A stretch of DNA of 64,000 nt, from the NCBI GenBank assembly GCA_963699545.1, contig CAVOUE010000009.1:128001-192000 (forward strand). The letters are read 5' to 3'. The first letter of the stretch is position 1. The number at the start of each line of letters is the position of its first letter. Under the pieces are notes generated by a model, which did not search any database, was not told the DNA's origin, and was given only the letters and a program-made list of their open reading frames with translations. Position numbers and translations under genes: made by a program. Source of the stretch: Nitrospirota bacterium. GTDB lineage: Bacteria; Nitrospirota; Thermodesulfovibrionia; Thermodesulfovibrionales; UBA9159. This document shows, piece after piece, positions 28,882 through 40,160 of this stretch.

Positions 28882-30096
28882 ATGAAGAGATACGACATCG
28901 TTATCGCAGGCGCAGGCATCAGCGGGCTGAGTCTCGCTCACTATTGCGCCAGGCGAGGGCTCGACACTCTGGTAATAGAAAAGAACGAACGGGTCGGCGG
29001 CACCTTCCACACCCATCGTTTCGCCGGTGGGGCCTCTGATTTCTGGATCGAACTCGGCGCACACACCTGCTACAATTCCTATGGCAATCTCCTCCGCGTC
29101 ATGGAGGACTGCGGGATACTGGGTCAGGCGCTCAAACGGGAGAAAGTCGGTTACAAAATGCTCGTCGACGGTGAGATAAAGTCGATCCCCTCCCAGATAC
29201 ATTTCGGAGAACTTCTTTTCTCGGTGCCCCGTCTCTTCACCGCGAAAAAGGCCGGTCAGAGCATCGAGTCCTACTATTCAAGGATCGTTGGAGCGGCGAA
29301 CTTCAGAAGGGTCTTCGGGCCCTTGTTCAACGCGGTGATCTGCCAGGAGGCACATGATTTTCCCGCGGATCTGCTTTTTAAGAAACGGCCCCGCCGCAAG
29401 GATGTCATGAAAAGCTTCACGCTCCGTGAGGGGCTCCAGTCGATCACAGAGGCTATCGCTGCCCAGCCGGGAATTCAGATCGTGAAAGGCAAAACGATCG
29501 AAACCCTCTCCTTTTCAGACGGGGTGTTCGGCATCACTACCGCGGACGGGCACGTCTACGAATCAGGCAGCCTTGCGGTGGCCACGTCACCGGTGGTTGC
29601 TGCGAGACTTCTCGAGGCCCCGTTCCCCCAGTTGGCAGTGCTCCTGTCGCGGATAAGGGTCGAGACCGTTGAAACGGTCGGGTTCATGGTGAGAAAGGAC
29701 GCAAGTCCGCTCCCCCCTCTTGCCGGAATTGTCGCCGTGAACGAACCCTTCTATTCGGCGGTTTCCCGCGACACGGTACGGCACGAGAAATACAGGGGTT
29801 TCGTCTTCCACTTCAAAGCGGGTGCCGCGGACCACGACACGAAGCTTGGGCGCATCTCTGAGGTGCTGGGGGTGAAACGTGATCAGCTGGAGAATGTGGT
29901 GAGCACCGAGAACCTCGTCCCTTCCCTCCTCGTCGGACATGACTCGCTCCTCGCCGAGATCGACCGGCTTATTGCCGGTGAGAGGCTTCTGCTGACCGGG
30001 AACTATTTCTCAGGAGTGGCCATTGAAGATTGCGTTTCAAGGTCGCTCAGTGAGTTCACCCGCCTCGGCGCGTTAATGGGGCGGAAGGACCGCTGA
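28882..30096 (+). CDS. FAD-dependent oxidoreductase (protoporphyrinogen oxidase-like)
   Basis: GAGISGL, EKNERVGG, ELGAH, GNYFSGVAIEDCV. Confidence 0.8.
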   Translation: MKRYDIVIAGAGISGLSLAHYCARRGLDTLVIEKNERVGGTFHTHRFAGGASDFWIELGAHTCYNSYGNLLRVMEDCGILGQALKREKVGYKMLVDGEIKSIPSQIHFGELLFSVPRLFTAKKAGQSIESYYSRIVGAANFRRVFGPLFNAVICQEAHDFPADLLFKKRPRRKDVMKSFTLREGLQSITEAIAAQPGIQIVKGKTIETLSFSDGVFGITTADGHVYESGSLAVATSPVVAARLLEAPFPQLAVLLSRIRVETVETVGFMVRKDASPLPPLAGIVAVNEPFYSAVSRDTVRHEKYRGFVFHFKAGAADHDTKLGRISEVLGVKRDQLENVVSTENLVPSLLVGHDSLLAEIDRLIAGERLLLTGNYFSGVAIEDCVSRSLSEFTRLGALMGRKDR

Positions 30097-30102
30097 AGAG
30101 AG

Positions 30103-31287
30103 GTGAAAAGACGAGTGTACGCAGAAAGAGTCGGCGGACTGAAAAGCTCTGCGATCCGTGAGATCCTGAAGATCACCTCGAAGCCCGAGGTGATCTCCTT
30201 TGCCGGAGGACTTCCTGCACCCGAACTCTTTCCGCTGAAGGAACTGGAAGCTGCGGCCCGGAAAGTTTTCTCGAAGCACGGGCACCTTGCACTCCAGTAT
30301 TCCATCACCGAGGGGTTTTTGCCCCTGAGGGAAAAGATCGTAAAGACCCTGGCTGCGGCGACAGAGCGCCCGGGAACCGGGAATGTCCTCATTACTCAGG
30401 GATCCCAGCAGGGGCTCGACCTCCTTTCGAAGCTCTATATCGACAGAGGCACCGTGATTTTCACGGAGAACCCGAGTTATCTTGGGGCCCTCCAGTCATT
30501 CTGCATCTTCGAGGCCGACGTGGTCCCCATCGCTTCCGACCAGGGCGGAATGAGGATGGACGCTCTCCTCGAAGGATTAAAGCGCCGTCGCCCTTCACTC
30601 ATTTATCTCATGCCCAGTTTCCAGAATCCCACAGGGGCCTCCCTCTCCATGGAGCGCCGGAGGAAGCTGATCGAGATCGTGAAAGAGCATGACCTGCTTG
30701 TCATTGAAGACGATCCTTACGGAGAGCTGGTCTTCGAAGGTGAACGGCCACCTTCCCTGTTTGAACTGGGGGGGATGAGCAACTTTATCCACCTTAGTTC
30801 CTTCTCAAAAACTATCGCACCCGGGTTGCGTGTGGCCTATCTCGCGGCGGATGAAGAGATTATAAAAAAACTCACCCTGATAAAACAGGGCACTGACCTC
30901 CAGACGAACACCCTTGGACAATTCCTGGTGGACGAGTACCTCGAAAGCAGTGATTTTCGCGAACACATCAGGACCCTGAGACGGACGTACAGGGAGAGGA
31001 GGGATCTCATGCTTTCCGCAATAGAGGTGCACTTCCCGAGGTCTCTCAAGTGGAACCGTCCCGCAGGGGGTATGTTTTTGTGGGTGGAGCTCCCCGAGGG
31101 ATGGGATACAAGAGAGATACTTCGCCGCTGTCTCGAGCATAATGTTGCCTTTGTGCCGGGGCAGGAGTTCTTCCCTGATGGTTCCGGGAAGAATACCATG
31201 CGACTAAATTTCTCCAATGCCTCTCCTGAAAATATTGAGGAAGGTATTAAGAGAATGGGAGAAGTGCTGACAGAGATGGGACTTTAG
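30103..31287 (+). CDS. PLP-dependent aminotransferase class I (LysN/2-aminoadipate transaminase-like)
   Basis: ISFAGGLP, FQNPTG, EDDPYG, SFSKTIAPGLR, RLNFS. Confidence 0.9.
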   Translation: MKRRVYAERVGGLKSSAIREILKITSKPEVISFAGGLPAPELFPLKELEAAARKVFSKHGHLALQYSITEGFLPLREKIVKTLAAATERPGTGNVLITQGSQQGLDLLSKLYIDRGTVIFTENPSYLGALQSFCIFEADVVPIASDQGGMRMDALLEGLKRRRPSLIYLMPSFQNPTGASLSMERRRKLIEIVKEHDLLVIEDDPYGELVFEGERPPSLFELGGMSNFIHLSSFSKTIAPGLRVAYLAADEEIIKKLTLIKQGTDLQTNTLGQFLVDEYLESSDFREHIRTLRRTYRERRDLMLSAIEVHFPRSLKWNRPAGGMFLWVELPEGWDTREILRRCLEHNVAFVPGQEFFPDGSGKNTMRLNFSNASPENIEEGIKRMGEVLTEMGL

Positions 31288-31303
31288 TGTACCGGGAGAG
31301 ACC

Positions 31304-31816
31304 GTGATCCGCCAGTGTCGTGACAGCGACTTCGAGACCATCCATTTCATCATTAATGAGGCTGCGCAGGTTTACAGGGGGGCTGTCCCTCCTGACCGCT
31401 GGAAGGACCCGTATATGTCCACGAGCGAACTGCGTCATGAGATGGACGCCGGCGTTGTATTCTGGGGCTTTGAGGAACAGGGTGAGCTCATTGGGGTAAT
31501 GGGTATCCAGGGCGTTCAGGATGTTACCCTTATCAGACACGCCTATGTTCGCAGGCATAAGCAAAACCGCGGCGTCGGGGGAGAGTTGCTGAAATTCTTG
31601 GTTACCCGGTCTGGCACCCCCGTCCTGATCGGCACATGGGCTGCCGCTTCATGGGCGGTCCGCTTCTATGAAAAGCACGGCTTCAGGAAGGTTTCGCAGG
31701 AAGAGAAGAATCGCTTGCTGAAGAAGTACTGGTCGATCCCCGAACGCCAGATCGAGACGTCCGTTGTCCTGGCGGACCAGAAATGGTCTGATCGGACTGA
31801 GGGGAAGACCGAATGA
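31304..31816 (+). CDS. GNAT N-acetyltransferase
   Basis: IRHAYV...QNRGVG, AVRFYEKHGF. Confidence 0.85.
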   Translation: MIRQCRDSDFETIHFIINEAAQVYRGAVPPDRWKDPYMSTSELRHEMDAGVVFWGFEEQGELIGVMGIQGVQDVTLIRHAYVRRHKQNRGVGGELLKFLVTRSGTPVLIGTWAAASWAVRFYEKHGFRKVSQEEKNRLLKKYWSIPERQIETSVVLADQKWSDRTEGKTE

Positions 31817-31884
31817 AGCTGTCCGTTATCCTTGCGCATCCTGACAAGCGGAGTTTCCAGGAACAGAGCTTGCGCCCATCGTGA
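31813..31884 (+). pseudogene. N-terminal remnant of a flavodoxin-like NAD(P)H oxidoreductase
   Basis: ATGA-coupled ORF MKLSVILAHPDKRSF followed by unrelated residues and a stop. Confidence 0.5.
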
Positions 31885-31908
31885 ATGTCCTCTTCATAGC
31901 ATGCATGG

Positions 31909-34728
31909 TTATTTCATCTGGTTAAGGATTCTGCCGAGTTCCTCAAGGGCCTTTCCTGCTTCTTCGTACTTCCCTTTGCCCATGAGGTTACGGTAGTTCT
32001 CGAAGGCCTTGGCCGCAGCGGCAACGAGGTCTTTTCTGTCCGCCTCTTTTTTCCTCTTTTGTTGCTGTGGGTTTTGCGGCGCTGTCGCTTGCAGAACCCG
32101 CGATCTGCGGGAAGAATTTGCCGAGGGCTTCTTCAAAGGATGCGCCGTAGGCGAGCTGATCGCCGAACACTACCACGACTCTTCTCAACTCGGGCATTTT
32201 CCCCACCGATGCCTGGATATAGATAGGCTGTACGTACATGATGCGGTATCCGGAAAGCGGCACGGCGAGGAGGTTTCCGAACCTCACCTGGCTTCCCTGC
32301 TGGTTCCAGAGAGTGAGGTCCTTGCTTATCGTCTCGTCCTGATTGATGCGGATGCCGATCTGGAGCGGGCCGTAGACCTGGCGGTCTTTCGGGAATTTGA
32401 AGAGCATCAGCTTTCCCGTACTTGTCGCCATCGCACCGCGCCATGATCATGGCAACCATGTTGTTTCTCGGACTGTTCTTGTCAGTGCTGTACGGGGAGA
32501 ATGGGAGGGTAAGGACAAATTCCTCCCTGTCCGAGTCAGGCAGCTTCGAAATCAGGTAATAAGGCGTGAATGGGTCTGCGCTTCCTCCTGGCGTACTGCG
32601 ACCCGGGATACTTCCCAGGCATCCTCGCGGTTATAAAAGACGCCGGGGTCTGCCATGTGATAGATCGCATAGATGTGGCTTTGGACGGTGAGCAGGTCCT
32701 CGGGGTATCTCACGTGGGCCTTCAGTGACTGGGGCATGGCATCGAAGGGTTTAAACAGGGAGGGAAAGGCTCTGGCATAAGCCTGGATGACAGGATCGGT
32801 CTTGTCGGCAACATAGAAGTCCACCGAGCCTTCATAGGCGTCGACCACTACCTTCACGCTGTTTCGTATATAGTTTGCCTTTTCCATGGTCGGCTGGGAA
32901 TAGGGGTAGGTCGTTGCAGTCGTGTAAGCGTCCCAGATGAAATAGATCTTTCCTTCCGCTATCACATGGTACATGTCGTTATCAAAGGTGAGAAAAGGTG
33001 CGATCGTGCGCACTCTGTCGATTGACGTCCCGCATGAAGAGAATGCGGCTTTCCGGGGTGAGTTCCTGGGTAGTGAAGAGCCTCAGTCCGTCGAAATCGG
33101 ATGGCGATGGCGAGTTTTTTCAGGAAGCTGTCGATCTTAACGCCCGCTTTCCCCGCATAGGTATTCTGGGCGTTGGTGTCGCCTTTCGGAAAATCGAATT
33201 CCTTCAGCTTGGTGTTGACGTAGACATGGTTGAATGTCTCTTCGCCGAAGTAGATGCGCGGCTGGTCTATCTTAAGTTCGGGATAGGACGCAACCGGCGG
33301 GATGTCCTTGATGTAGTATTCGGGCAGCCCTTCATGGGTGAACTTGTTTACCGGAGCGGCAACATCTCCGTAGCCATGGGTATAGATCATCGTCTCGTTC
33401 TGAAATGTCCTCGACTGGGCGGCGAGGCGGTCGATGTTCAGCTCGCGCAGGGAGAGCATGAGCTGGGTAAGCTTCCCGTTGAGTATGTAGCGGTCGACGT
33501 CGACATCGGGGAAATTGTAGTAGAGGCGTATGAACTGCGTCTGGTCGTTCACCGCTTTGAGGATATCCGGCGCCCAGAGCCGTATGCCGTTGATGATCGT
33601 CAGGTCGCTTTGGGCGAGAACTCCGCTGGGCGAGGGGTTGACGGGAAACTCTATCTCGGCGACGTTCGTGAGTCCGTACGCTTCTTTTGTGAACTTGTAT
33701 GTTCCGTTCGCAGGTAAGGCTTTTCGAGGGGGAGTTCGTTCGGCGCTACCCTGAAGTGCTGGATTATCTCGGGGATTACCTGAAGCCCGACAATCCATAT
33801 CCCGCCGAGGAGGAGCCGCGCTGGCGAGATAGATGCCTACGGTCCGCCTGGTAGAACTCGTAAAGGATGCGTAGAGGAAAAGGATGAGGCAACCCGCAAG
33901 AGCCACGAGGGCAACATTGTACGCAGGCAGCTGCGCGTGCAGGTCGGTCCATCCCGCTCCGTAGACGACACCCCGATGGGAATAGAGGAGTTCGTAGCGG
34001 GCGATAAGGGTCCTGGCGATAAAGACTAAGGTGCCGAAGACGAAGTTTGCCGAGATCTGCGTGACGAGACGGTGGATAAAAGAGTTCCGGGTAAGGTTGT
34101 CGAAGGCAAGTCCGCGGGAACGTGCGAAAAAGGGCATTCTCGACCACATAGAGACCTCCTGACGAGCAAAAGGGAAAAGGAGAAGAGGCTGCCGAGCGAA
34201 TCCACGATGAAATTCAAAAAGGGGAGTCTGAATATGTAGAACCCTATGTCTTTCAGAAATACGGGGTCTTCTTTTCCGAAGGGGACGGCGTTGAAGAAAA
34301 GAAGCGCCTCGTTCCAGTGCGCTGAGCTTATCGTGCCGGCGGCAATGAACAACGGTATCTGGAGGAGAAGCGCGGCGAGGAGTATGAACTTGGAGCGGTT
34401 GTCCCTTACGGGCGACGGCCCTGTCGGTTTTGCGCCGTGGTACCAGAAAAAGACATTTGCCACGCCGAGGGATATTGCGACAAATCCGCCGGCGAGAAAA
34501 AGCTCGCCTCGGAGAAAGAGCACCTTCCAGTAGCGGCTTGCGTATCCGAGGTTGTCGTACCAGAGCGATGTAAGGTAGACATCGCTCCAGATGTAGATGC
34601 CGGCAAGCGCCGCGAGTCCGAGCAGCGCAAATGTCCCGGCTTTTTTGTAACGCCTTCTGCTTCAGGTTGCGTAACACAGGCAGAAAGAAGATAAGGCCTA
34701 TGAAGACAAAGATGATAAAATTGATCAC
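31909..34728 (-). pseudogene. UPF0182 family membrane protein, broken by many frameshifts (pseudogene or assembly errors)
   Basis: Fragments in several frames: FGKEDPVFLKDIGFYIFRLP, YGAGWTD, YYNFPDVDVDRY, YTHGYG, NYIRNSVKVVVDAYEGSV, HVRYPEDL, YGPLQI, YVQPIY. Confidence 0.85.
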
Positions 34729-34825
34729 GGGGTCTCCTCTCACGTAGCATATACGCAAGTCGCTCCCGTAGTCAATACACCGTTCCTTTATTGACAATCA
34801 TCCGGATAAGCAATTAAATTACACC

Positions 34826-35659
34826 ATGTATCCCATTATTTCACAGCGTTCATTGATAGGGCTCGATTACACAAACGGGTCGTACAAGACGGCCCGCCGG
34901 CATATTTTCCCCCTCTGGAAGGCTCTGCCCACCCTGGGCTTTTACCGTTATGTCTTCCCGATCGTCCTCAAGGCGGGCGCCAGGGCAAGATGGACAAGGT
35001 ATGATACTACCGCATGGTGCAAAAGCAGCCTTGAAGTGCTCAGGGCCCTGGAGAGTGTCGGCATCGAAGTCGAGATAACAGGCATCGACCATTTCAGGGA
35101 ACTGAACGGACCGTGCGTCTTCCTCTCTAATCACATGAGCACCCTTGAGACCTTTGTCCTTCCCGTCGTCATCGCCTCGATCAAGCCGGTCACCTTCGTG
35201 GTGAAGGAGGCCCTTGTGGAGACCCCTGTCTTTAAATACGTGATGCGTTCCCGGGATCCCGTCACCGTGGGCCGGGCGAATCCCCGGGAAGACTTAAAGG
35301 CAGTGCTGGAAGGGGGAACAGAGAGGTTGAACGCCGGCATTTCGATAATCATATTCCCGCAGACCACACGGTTCCTGGACTTTGATCCCGGGACATTCAA
35401 CACCATCGGCATAAAACTGGCAAGAAAGGCAGGCGTCCCCGTGGTCCCCATTGCGCTGAAGACCGATGCGTGGGGCAACGGCAAACACTTCAAGGATTTC
35501 GGCAGGATGGATCCTTCCCTGCCGGTGCATTTCGCTTTTGGAAAACCGCAATGGATCAAAGGCCGTGGTGCAGAGGAGCACAGCCAGGTCACAGAATTCA
35601 TCGGCAGTAAACTGGAGGAATGGTCGGGCCGGGACACGGCCCCCCGCAATGATCCCTGA
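34826..35659 (+). CDS. Lysophospholipid acyltransferase (PlsC-like)
   Basis: NHMSTLE, FVVKEAL, IFPQTTR, VPVVPIA. Confidence 0.85.
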   Translation: MYPIISQRSLIGLDYTNGSYKTARRHIFPLWKALPTLGFYRYVFPIVLKAGARARWTRYDTTAWCKSSLEVLRALESVGIEVEITGIDHFRELNGPCVFLSNHMSTLETFVLPVVIASIKPVTFVVKEALVETPVFKYVMRSRDPVTVGRANPREDLKAVLEGGTERLNAGISIIIFPQTTRFLDFDPGTFNTIGIKLARKAGVPVVPIALKTDAWGNGKHFKDFGRMDPSLPVHFAFGKPQWIKGRGAEEHSQVTEFIGSKLEEWSGRDTAPRNDP

Positions 35660-35661
35660 AC

Positions 35662-36396
35662 ATGGGTAGCTTGAAAACCGCAGGGATAATCATCATCGGC
35701 AATGAGATCCTCTCAGGCAAGGTGCAGGACACGAATTCACCTTACCTCGCATCGGAATTAAGAGACCTCGGAGTAAGCCTTGCACGGATCAGCGTGATTC
35801 CTGACGATGCGGAGATCATCGGTCGGGAAGCAGCAGAGTTTTCGGAAAGGTATGATTATGTATTTACATCGGGAGGGATCGGTCCGACCCACGACGATGT
35901 CACTGTGGAAGGCATTGCGCGCGGTTTCGGCGTGAAGGTCGTTACACATCCGGTACTGGCAAAATACTTTCAGGGGCGGTACGGCGACAGGCTCAATGCA
36001 GCGGTCATGAAAATGGCAGCGGTGCCGGAAGGGGCCGAGATTATTGACCCCGGCGATATGAGGTTCCCTTTGATTTCTTTCAGGAACATCTTCATCCTCC
36101 CCGGCATACCACAATACCTCGAGGAAAAATTCGCAGGGATAAAAGAGAGATTCCGTTGCTCCGAATGCCATCTCAGGAGGCTCTTTCTGAAAGCCAACGA
36201 ATCGGATATTGCAGAAACCCTGAATGGGGTTGTCGCAAAGAATACGGAAGTCACCTTCGGCTCCTACCCTATCCTGGAGAACCCCGAATATACGGTCATC
36301 GTCACCGCGGAATCGAGATCGCTGGGCGCGCTGAACGCTGCGGTTGCAGAGCTGGTGCACCGGCTGGACCGGGATATCCTCGTCCGGGTTGAGTAA
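35662..36396 (+). CDS. CinA-like / molybdopterin-binding domain protein
   Basis: IIIGNEILSGKVQDTN, GGIGPTHDDVT, LPGIP. Confidence 0.88.
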   Translation: MGSLKTAGIIIIGNEILSGKVQDTNSPYLASELRDLGVSLARISVIPDDAEIIGREAAEFSERYDYVFTSGGIGPTHDDVTVEGIARGFGVKVVTHPVLAKYFQGRYGDRLNAAVMKMAAVPEGAEIIDPGDMRFPLISFRNIFILPGIPQYLEEKFAGIKERFRCSECHLRRLFLKANESDIAETLNGVVAKNTEVTFGSYPILENPEYTVIVTAESRSLGALNAAVAELVHRLDRDILVRVE

Positions 36397-36429
36397 AGGG
36401 GAGCGACCGCCTGCAATCCCCCTGCCCCG

Positions 36430-37750
36430 TCAGACCTTGATATGCAGCATAGGCAATCCCAGCCTCTGTCTGTTGTTCTCACCTTTGAACAAGTCTGTCG
36501 CCCTCTCCGGGACATCGCCCCGCTCACCCTCGTGCTGGGCCTGGAGTTTCGTGGGCAGACTTGCAGCATGATGAACGGTGTATTTGCCGAATTTCTCAGA
36601 CAACCTGTCAATAGTGCGTAGATCCTGGCCATCTTCTCTATCTTGGCAGTGTCGTCAAAGAGGGTATACTGGACCTCGTCCTTCCGGTACCAGGCCGGCA
36701 AGGACGACACCGGTCTGGCGATAGGGGTTCGCAGGCCGATAAAGATGCTCAAAGCCCTGCCGTAACGGTCCGAAGAGCTCGGCGGGATAGGCCGTGGGAC
36801 GGCTCAACTTCATTTCGACCCCGGTGTCTTTGAAATCCTGTGTCCTGAGAAAGACGATGAGCCGTGTGGCAGCGAGCTTGTAGCGTCGTGCCTTGATGCA
36901 GGCGTTCTCCAGGTTCTTCGAAAGCTGGGCAAAGACGAAGGTCTCATCCGTTCGACGGAGGGGTAAAGGTCTTTGTCTTGCTGATGGACTGATAGCTGTC
37001 TTTTGATTCGGTGACAACCGGGTAGACGCTCCTTCCGTTCAGCTCGTGCCAGATCTCCTGATAGGGCTTGGAGAGATGTCTTCTGGATAAACCCTTCGTC
37101 CTTTCGCGCAAACTCCAGGGCGGTCGTTATCCCGAACTTCCTGCAGGAAGGCGGCCGTATTCGGCCCGATGCCCCAGACCTTTTCCACGGGCAGTTTTTC
37201 CAGATAGAGGTGTATCTCCCTCCCCGGTATCAGGGTGAGGCCGTGGGGTTTGTTATGTTTTGAACCGATCTTTGCCAGGACCTTCGAGAGGCTCACGCCC
37301 GACCGATACGGTGATCCCCAGTTCTGTCTCGACGGTCTCCTGCATCTTCCGGGCGATCATCCCGTAGGGACCGTGGAAAGCTCCTCCTCAGGCCCGGTGA
37401 GGTCCACAAAGGCCTCGTCGATGGAGTATTCCTCCACGTCCGGGAGAGAAGCGCCTGAGTATCTCGAACATCCGGACGGAAAAGAGGCTGTAGGTCTCAT
37501 AGTCCGACGGGAGGATGACGGCATCGGGACAGATCTTCTTCACCTCGAAGAGCCGCATCCCCCTCGTGACCCCCCTGGCCTTTGCCTCGTAGCTTGCGGC
37601 CGCCACGATCCCGCGCTCCTTGCCGGTGATGACGGGTTTACCCCTGAGCTCTGGATGGATCGCCTGCTCGCAGGAGGCAAAGAAGGCATCGGCATCCAGA
37701 TGGAGGATCGCCTGCGGCCAGGAATGGATGGTGAGGGGTTGGGCGGTCAT
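36430..37750 (-). CDS. dinB: Y-family DNA polymerase IV (DinB/UmuC-like), several frameshifts
   Basis: HLDADAFFAS, AASYEAK, YSIDE (shifted frame), KPHG, VWGIG; C-terminus ...RQRLGLPMLHIKV*. Confidence 0.88.
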
Positions 37751-37759
37751 TGAACATTC

Positions 37760-37782
37760 GTAGGGGCATGGCATGCCCCTGC
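37760..37782. repeat. GTAG-type REP-like palindrome (dinB side of island)
   Basis: GTAGGGGCATG-G-CATGCCCCTGC. Confidence 0.7.
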
Positions 37783-37891
37783 CGGCGATTTTAGAGAGAC
37801 GATATACAGGTGTTTCCAGTTTGAACCGAGATGACCCGCATTCATAACTATCGCAATTTCATCCGTCACCTTTTGATTTTCTTCGCACTTT

Positions 37892-38665
37892 CTATATTTG
37901 TGTTCCTTGCTTGATATGGTAATTGATTCTGTTTTTTTTGCAAAAATTAATAACAGATAACGCAAGGCTATTATAAAATTCCTTGGAATATTTGAATTCA
38001 GATGATTTAACGTTATAATTCAACCTGCCAAAGACAATTTTATCCACAAAAGATACCGCTTCCAATATTTCCATCAAGTCCTGCTTAATTAAATTAGGGG
38101 TAGGATATGGCTCCATGCTCACCCATGTTTTGAATCCTTTTTTATGCAAATATTTGAGAGATTCGATTCTATCTCTAAACTTGGCCGAATTCGGCTCGAA
38201 TTCTTTCCTGAATTTTTCATTCAGAGAAACTAATGTGATACCATACTCATTTTTGTTACTAAAACCATTTCCATTACCAAGTTCTCCAGGAAAAATCCCT
38301 TTCGTTAATACAGTGCAATGGATATTATTTGTATTGAGCTTAGCGATAATTTTCAAACTCAAGTTACATACCCGTTCCTGCTCATACATGAATGGGTCCG
38401 TAGAAAAACATAAATGAACATACTTAATTTTCTTTTTGTATTTTGGTATTTCTTTTTCCAGAAGCCCTAAAGCATTCGAAACTATTTTAGGCCGGCACCA
38501 TTCTTCATAGGTTTTTACAATTCCACATCTTTTTTTCATCATATAGGCATAACATGGGTACTTGCAGCCGTGAGAACAGCCCTCGACATGATTTAAACAA
38601 AAATCTGCGTACTCGACTCCGCTTTTATAAAGCAGAGATTTTCTTTGTATTTCTAACAATCTCAT
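37892..38665 (-). CDS. Radical SAM protein (SplB/DUF5131-like)
   Basis: NHVEGCSHGCKYPCYA, STDPF, LTKG, WVSMEP; AT-rich; ATGA overlap with the tcmP stop. Confidence 0.8.
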   Translation of the reverse strand: MRLLEIQRKSLLYKSGVEYADFCLNHVEGCSHGCKYPCYAYMMKKRCGIVKTYEEWCRPKIVSNALGLLEKEIPKYKKKIKYVHLCFSTDPFMYEQERVCNLSLKIIAKLNTNNIHCTVLTKGIFPGELGNGNGFSNKNEYGITLVSLNEKFRKEFEPNSAKFRDRIESLKYLHKKGFKTWVSMEPYPTPNLIKQDLMEILEAVSFVDKIVFGRLNYNVKSSEFKYSKEFYNSLALSVINFCKKNRINYHIKQGTQI

Positions 38666-39011
38666 ATTATCTTAAACAAGTCCGTTTCGGTGAAAGACCT
38701 GCATCTTGGTCTTGGATTAATCCTAATAAGCTTTTTATCTTTTTCTAAATATATCAAAGCATCTTTAAAGTCTTGCACGCGATAAACATTTTCTCCTGTT
38801 AACATTTTTTCCAATATGGTATCCAGCGTTATTTCTTGACTTCCTACGAATTCATCATATATAGCATTCATGATGTCTTGCTTGAAAAATAAAGTTTGTC
38901 TTTCTGGCTCTCCTTCTATGAAATTATCTTTCATTTTTTCAAGACCCTGGAGTTCCCCCGGTTTGATAGACACATTTAAAGGTACAATTGGAAGCAACTG
39001 AGGAGGTGTCC

Positions 39012-39296
39012 ATGTCGAACCGGAAATACACAGAGGAGTTCAAGTCTGAGGCAATCAAGCAGGTGACAGAGCGGGGCTACAAGGTCCAGGAAGTATGTGA
39101 AAGGTTAGGGATATCGGACAAGAGCCTGTACCTGTGGCTGCGATTAGCACGAAAAAGCAACGGGAAGCACGGACAGGGCAACGACAATGAGCTGAAACAG
39201 GAGATCGTTCGTCTGAAGTCGGAACTGAAGCGGGTCGAAGAGGAGCGTGACATACTAAAAAAGGCCGCCGCGTACTTTGCCAAGGCATCCCAGTAA
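39012..39296 (+). CDS. IS3 transposase OrfA
   Basis: YTEEFKSEAIKQV HTH; leucine-zipper LKRVEEERDILKKAAAYFA. Confidence 0.9.
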   Translation: MSNRKYTEEFKSEAIKQVTERGYKVQEVCERLGISDKSLYLWLRLARKSNGKHGQGNDNELKQEIVRLKSELKRVEEERDILKKAAAYFAKASQ

Positions 39297-39334
39297 GGTA
39301 CGCTTTTATCAGAGGGCACCGGCAGGAGTTTCGA

Positions 39335-40160
39335 GTGGTGTCAATGTGTCGGGTGTTGCGGGTGCACAGAAGCGGCTATTACGCCTGGATGAAAGAACCA
39401 GAGTCTGCCCGGCAGAAAGAAAATCAGCGATTGGTCGGTTTGATCCGGGGATTTCATGAGGCAAGCGATCGGTCTTATGGCAGCCCACGGATAACAAGGG
39501 ATCTGCGGGAGACCGGGGAGCAGTGCAACGAAAAACGGGTAGCCAGACTGATGAAGCAGGAAGGCTTAAGGGCAAAGGTTGGCTATAAGCGACCACGGTA
39601 TAAGGCCGGGAGAACCTGCCTTGGTGGTTATGAATCGGCTTGAACAGAACTTCGATGTGCCGAGACCTGATTACGCATGGGTGACGGACATTACCTATAT
39701 CCGCACCTGGGAGGGATGGTTGTATCTGGCAGTTGTACTTGATCTGTTCTCACGAATTGTGGTGGGTTGGTCGATGAAGCCCACATTGGAGAGAGAACTC
39801 GTTCTTGATGCCTTGCTCATGGCTGTATGGAGAAGAAAGCCGAAAGGCAAAGTTATTGTTCATTCTGATCAGGGCTCGCAGTATGGCAGTGATGACTGGA
39901 TGAGGTTTTGCAAGGATCATAATCTTGAACCCAGCATGAGCCGGCGCGGCAACTGCTTTGACAATGCTGTTGCAGAATCCTTTTTCAGTAGTCTCAAGAA
40001 GGAAAGAATCGGCAGACGGATTTATCGGAGCAGGGAAGAAGGACGATCAGATATATTTGATTACATCGAGGTGTTTTACAACAGGACAAGGCGTCATAGC
40101 TACCTCGGACAGGTAAGCCCTTATGAGTTTGAAAAGGCGGCTGCCTGTGGTAGTCTATGA
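39335..40160 (+). CDS. IS3 transposase OrfB (DDE), with an extra frameshift near 39610
   Basis: SYGSPRI, WVTDITYI, HSDQGSQY, SRRGNCFDNAVAESFF. Confidence 0.88.
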
